Part shown: one piece after another, positions 60,416 through 64,000 of the stretch
How the letters are laid out: each line of letters begins with the position of its first letter
How positions within the stretch are numbered: the stretch's first letter is position 1
Sequence record: NC_054924.1
DNA: 64,000 nucleotides
Direction: 5' to 3' (one strand)
From: Escherichia phage vB_EcoM_Lutter
The notes under the pieces: model-generated
What the model saw: only the letters and a program-made list of their open reading frames with translations
Told to the model about the DNA's origin: nothing
The model's database searches: none
Made by a program: the position numbers and the translations under genes

Positions 60416-60864
60416 TCAACAATCACAATTTCTAATTTAGAGGAATATGTATCTAAAATCCCCTCAATAATATCCCAGTTCCCTTTACCTATGCCTGCAC
60501 CAATCCTAGGCATATAGATTGTAGGTTTAATCAGTTTATTTTCACCAAACTCATTTAATTCTAACATACAATTCATTAAAGCGGAATACTCAAAATTTGG
60601 CCCCGGTTGAAATTGAGTATAAAGATTGAAGCAGTAAGCTTTATGAGTCCTAAAGTATTTTTCATAGACTGAGTAAGAACCGAGTTTAGTTACATCGCCC
60701 CATTCTGTCTGTAATTTATCAGCTTCCAAAATTTTAGGGAAAGCTTTAGTTAATTGACCTGCGACTCCAGCTTTCATCGTGTGAAAACAGTTACACCCAT
60801 GCGCAATAATATTACCTTCAAGAAAGAGGGCGACAATATCGCCCTTGATATATTTTACAATCAT
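60397..60864 (-). CDS. macro domain protein (ADP-ribose binding/processing)
   Basis: 155-aa ORF with macro-domain signatures (KGDIVALFLEGNIIAHGCNC...AGVAG and IYMPRIGAGIGKGNW). Confidence 0.6.
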   Translation of the reverse strand: MIVKYIKGDIVALFLEGNIIAHGCNCFHTMKAGVAGQLTKAFPKILEADKLQTEWGDVTKLGSYSVYEKYFRTHKAYCFNLYTQFQPGPNFEYSALMNCMLELNEFGENKLIKPTIYMPRIGAGIGKGNWDIIEGILDTYSSKLEIVIVDWEPLL

Positions 60865-61208
60865 CTAGTACTCAATCCTCGATTATAAGAATCTACCAAA
60901 CGGTCAACCATTGAATGACAAGCGGCTTTATCTTTCTCCTCCGCAACTGAACATTCTAAGGTATTCCACTTTTTAGCATATCGTTTTAACAATGTATCAT
61001 TTTTGTATCTGCTTGATTTATCTCTTTCTCCGTCTTTATATGCATATATTAATTTCTGCGCAAATTCAGCTTGGCATGCTTTATTTTTCCCGCAATAATC
61101 CGCTGCAGTACGGTTTACATACTCTCTAATTTCAGTATATGATGTATCTGCTAACGCAGAAGCAGAAAATGAAATTAATCCTATACATAAAACCAAAATT
61201 TTAGTCAT
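60861..61208 (-). CDS. secreted protein (vs position)
   Basis: 115-aa ORF with signal peptide; size matches T4 Vs but assignment is by synteny only. Confidence 0.4.
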   Translation of the reverse strand: MTKILVLCIGLISFSASALADTSYTEIREYVNRTAADYCGKNKACQAEFAQKLIYAYKDGERDKSSRYKNDTLLKRYAKKWNTLECSVAEEKDKAACHSMVDRLVDSYNRGLSTR

Positions 61209-61746
61209 TTACTATTTCCAAAAGTTTATTATTTTTAAGGTAATTAGCCTTTTCTAGGACTTCAGAAGCATATTTAGAACCAGCTTTAACATTCCATCCC
61301 GAATTATAAGAGGATATTGCTTTTCTTATATCGCCCTTATGTATATTTAACCAATAAGAAAGTTCAATGTACGCCCAGGAAGCTGAATTGGATCGTTTAT
61401 TCAACATTCTTTTTATTTCAGCATCGGTCATATTATAACCAAGTTCCTTAACTCTCGCTCGCATAGTAGGCAAATAATTTTGGAACATTCCGTAGGCGTG
61501 ATGCTTTGGTTTAGATTTTAAATTAACTCCGCCAGAGCTTTCTTGCCATAAAATGGCTGCCATTATATGACCTAATCCGCTCTTGTGGATATTTTTGTGT
61601 GTTTTATATTTTCCATCCTTAGAAAATTGTTCCCCGAATTGATACGCGTAACGCATGTTATCGAGTTGGACATTACTGAAAGTATGCTCGGAGCTATGCG
61701 CCATCATTGAAATGGCCAATAGACCAGCGAGTAGTGCTTTTCTCAT
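61201..61746 (-). CDS. lytic transglycosylase-like protein (SLT domain), secreted
   Basis: 181-aa ORF with signal peptide and SLT motifs (ILWQESSGG, AYGMFQ). Confidence 0.6.
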   Translation of the reverse strand: MRKALLAGLLAISMMAHSSEHTFSNVQLDNMRYAYQFGEQFSKDGKYKTHKNIHKSGLGHIMAAILWQESSGGVNLKSKPKHHAYGMFQNYLPTMRARVKELGYNMTDAEIKRMLNKRSNSASWAYIELSYWLNIHKGDIRKAISSYNSGWNVKAGSKYASEVLEKANYLKNNKLLEIVND

Positions 61747-61753
61747 GCTTACC

Positions 61754-62215
61754 TCATTGAGTTTTAATTACTGCTTTAGAAGCCTTTCCTGGTAAACGAC
61801 GACTGTTGATAATTGCCATCCTGCATTGAAGTGACGGGTTTTTGAACTTCTCATTAGGCTTACAAACTGTAAATCCAAGCCAAAGATTTCCATCTGTGAT
61901 TTCTAAACGTCCAGGACGATATTCAACCCCATCAATAAAATCCTCATCAATGTCAGGACGCGGAGGCATACTCAGGAATTCATTAACTTCTAAAACATGG
62001 TCTTTTATTTTATGGAATAATTCAAAAACATATGTCTCATCAATCTCCCGTTGAATTGCACGATCAAGAAGATGCTGAGAATATTTTAGATGAAACGATG
62101 AGACCCCTGCTGCTTTTGATGCCTCACGAATCTCATTGTTAATTTGACGAAACTCCGACTCAAAGTGACGACGAAGCTTATTTCGACGGATAAAAACTTC
62201 TGTATTGATAGTCAT
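61754..62215 (-). CDS. regB: endoribonuclease RegB
   Basis: 153-aa ORF matching T4 RegB in length and position, with an early promoter upstream. Confidence 0.8.
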   Translation of the reverse strand: MTINTEVFIRRNKLRRHFESEFRQINNEIREASKAAGVSSFHLKYSQHLLDRAIQREIDETYVFELFHKIKDHVLEVNEFLSMPPRPDIDEDFIDGVEYRPGRLEITDGNLWLGFTVCKPNEKFKNPSLQCRMAIINSRRLPGKASKAVIKTQ

Positions 62216-62242
62216 GTTATTCTCCTCTTAACTGATAGAAAA

Positions 62243-62273
62243 ATTATACCACAGTCAAGAGGAAAAGTAAACA
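62243..62273 (-). promoter_or_regulatory. T4-type early promoter
   Basis: GTTTAC, 17 nt, GTATAAT. Confidence 0.55.
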
Positions 62274-62274
62274 G

Positions 62275-62553
62275 TTATTCTTTAAATCTAATCAATTTAT
62301 TCATAGACTTTGAAACTTCTGCACGAACCTCATGTAGATTTTTGAGCTGTTCAAGACGCTGCTCATAGTAAGCAATTTCATCTTCTTCGAGACAGTCCTG
62401 TGAATCTTCTTTAAGATAACGTGCATAGTCCTGGAAAGCTTTACGGACTACTTCCTGGAAGTCATCAAGACTTTGAATTTTCTTAGGAGCAACAGATACA
62501 CGACGAGGGGCAGTATAATACTCATAACCAAACCCTGCGCTTAATTGAGCCAT
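62275..62553 (-). CDS. hypothetical protein (vs.3 position)
   Basis: 92 aa from internal ATG 62553. Confidence 0.4.
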   Translation of the reverse strand: MAQLSAGFGYEYYTAPRRVSVAPKKIQSLDDFQEVVRKAFQDYARYLKEDSQDCLEEDEIAYYEQRLEQLKNLHEVRAEVSKSMNKLIRFKE

Positions 62554-62819
62554 TAGTATTTTTCCTCTGGTTGGAACACAGCACGGCAAGCCCACATACT
62601 GGCTTCTTTGAGTTTCGTTTTAGCAATAGTTAACTGATCGAGGCTTTCGGCGTAATTCTTCGCGAGTTCATCATCTTCACAGCTATCAAATGCTTCCCAG
62701 AATTCATCATATAAAGCATCAAAGATAAGCCCTAAACGAACTTCAGCATCTTTGATAGCATTCACTTTACTGATTTTATCGTCAGTATGTGGTTTATAAC
62801 CTTTAATGTCTTCAATCAT
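62553..62819 (-). CDS. small acidic protein (vs.4 position; possible Acb2-type cyclic-nucleotide sponge)
   Basis: 88-aa ORF at the position where T4 vs.4/Acb2 lies; assignment by size and synteny only. Confidence 0.4.
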   Translation of the reverse strand: MIEDIKGYKPHTDDKISKVNAIKDAEVRLGLIFDALYDEFWEAFDSCEDDELAKNYAESLDQLTIAKTKLKEASMWACRAVFQPEEKY

Positions 62820-63033
62820 ATTTTACTTCCTCACCTGTTCCCAAATCATATTCAACTAAACGAATAGGTTCATGAATGCCATATCCTTGAACAGAAATTT
62901 CTGTCGTAGGATAAATTCCATTAATATCACCCATGTTCCATACTTCGTTAAATTGCTGTTCGCCTGAATTACTAAACCACTCGGCGAAAGCATTTAGCAC
63001 ATCTTCAGAACCTTCAATAATTATCTTTGCCAT
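62812..63033 (-). CDS. hypothetical protein
   Basis: 73-aa acidic ORF. Confidence 0.4.
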   Translation of the reverse strand: MAKIIIEGSEDVLNAFAEWFSNSGEQQFNEVWNMGDINGIYPTTEISVQGYGIHEPIRLVEYDLGTGEEVKYD

Positions 63034-63395
63034 TACAAACTCTCGGTGAAGGTACGAGCGATAACGTCGCGCTGCTGTTCCGGAGTCAGAGAGTTAAAGC
63101 GAACTGCATAACCGGATACACGGATGGTCAGCTGCGGATATTTTTCCGGATGCTTAACTGCATCTTCCAGAGTTTCACGACGCAGAACGTTAACGTTCAG
63201 GTGTTGACCACCTTCAATTTTAACTGTAGGCTGTTGCTCAATTTCAATTTCACGGGCATGCAAACCATAGAAAATTTCTGGGTCTACAAAAGAGTCCTCT
63301 TTAAAGGTTTTAGAGACAATAATTCGTGCTTGAATACCATCTTCAAAATAAATAGTACCTTTATGTGTGCCTTCAAGAATTTGATATGCTTTCAT
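63033..63395 (-). CDS. autonomous glycyl radical cofactor (GrcA/YfiD-like, T4 Y06I-type)
   Basis: 120-aa ORF; C-terminal ~60 aa essentially identical to E. coli GrcA including RVSGYAVRF; that half is markedly GC-rich. Confidence 0.85.
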   Translation of the reverse strand: MKAYQILEGTHKGTIYFEDGIQARIIVSKTFKEDSFVDPEIFYGLHAREIEIEQQPTVKIEGGQHLNVNVLRRETLEDAVKHPEKYPQLTIRVSGYAVRFNSLTPEQQRDVIARTFTESL

Positions 63396-63402
63396 ATAAA
63401 CC

Positions 63403-63732
63403 TCAATTAGAAAATAAATTTATCCAAGATTGTTCTTTAATTAAAAATGGCTCAGAATCATATGCCATTAAACTCTGTGTGATTAGTCCTTTAAAAGGCC
63501 CATCAATAAATTCCATGGTAAAATATGGAATTTTATTCATTAGCCGTGCATTAGGAGCAGTACACAAAACTCTGCATCCTTTGAATACGCCTTTTTGTAA
63601 TTTGTATTGCTTAGGATAAAATTCGCTCAAGACGTTGTTATTTGCCAAAATTTCAAAATGATTCACCAATTTATTTTTAATAGTTTTTGGCGAAAAATAA
63701 AGATATTCGAAAAGCTGAGTGTCTGTCATCAT
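63403..63732 (-). CDS. hypothetical protein
   Basis: 109-aa ORF. Confidence 0.45.
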   Translation of the reverse strand: MMTDTQLFEYLYFSPKTIKNKLVNHFEILANNNVLSEFYPKQYKLQKGVFKGCRVLCTAPNARLMNKIPYFTMEFIDGPFKGLITQSLMAYDSEPFLIKEQSWINLFSN

Positions 63733-63859
63733 TGCATTCCGATTACGAAAAACTGTGGACGAGTAATACCATCAATGCAACATTTAATATTACAGCAGCA
63801 GTGTACAGTGTCAATATGGACACTATAAATCTTATCCATATCAGGAGATTTGACAGGCT

Positions 63860-64000
63860 CATCAATTATATACAAAATTCGCGAAAGCGATAAACCTCTG
63901 AACTTGCTTCCTTTATTACCAATAAACTGCGCACAGAATCAGTAAATAAACGAAAACGTATATCATCATTAGAATAACGCGAAAATTCCTTTTTAATGTT
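63860..64000 (-). CDS. hypothetical protein, 3' end only (start lies beyond window)
   Basis: Minus-strand frame open from the window edge to a stop at 63860. Confidence 0.3.

Overview
This window is the early/middle region of a T-even (T4-like) Escherichia phage genome, from rIIA through the regB/vs cluster. Almost every gene is on the minus strand, tightly packed with overlapping start/stop junctions, and overall AT-rich. Recognisable genes include rIIA, an uninterrupted topoisomerase gene 39, dexA, dda, srd, modA/modB, soc, 56, dam, primase 61, sp, dmd, helicase 41, uvsX, 42, imm, DNA polymerase 43, regA, the 62/44/45 clamp system, 46/47, alpha-glucosyltransferase, sigma factor 55, nrdH/nrdG/nrdD, 49, nrdC, rI, tk and regB. 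Several features argue for a T2/T6-type relative rather than T4 itself: gene 39 has no gene-60 split, nrdD has no intron, nothing sits between soc and 56, and a 282-aa protein occupies the beta-gt position. I found no tRNA, rRNA or CRISPR array. The candidates I consider most worth a second look are: a nuclease-like ORF with its own promoter next to dam, paired with a plus-strand membrane mini-ORF; an anti-defence island between 61 and 41 carrying a repeat-flanked paralog; an AAA+ ATPase plus nucleotidyltransferase-motif pair in the nrdC cluster; three free-standing homing-endonuclease genes; and a host-derived glycyl-radical chimera. I cannot confirm from sequence alone that any of these is undescribed. 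All gene names come from motifs, protein length and synteny recalled from T4; no database search was run, and names of small ORFs are positional guesses.
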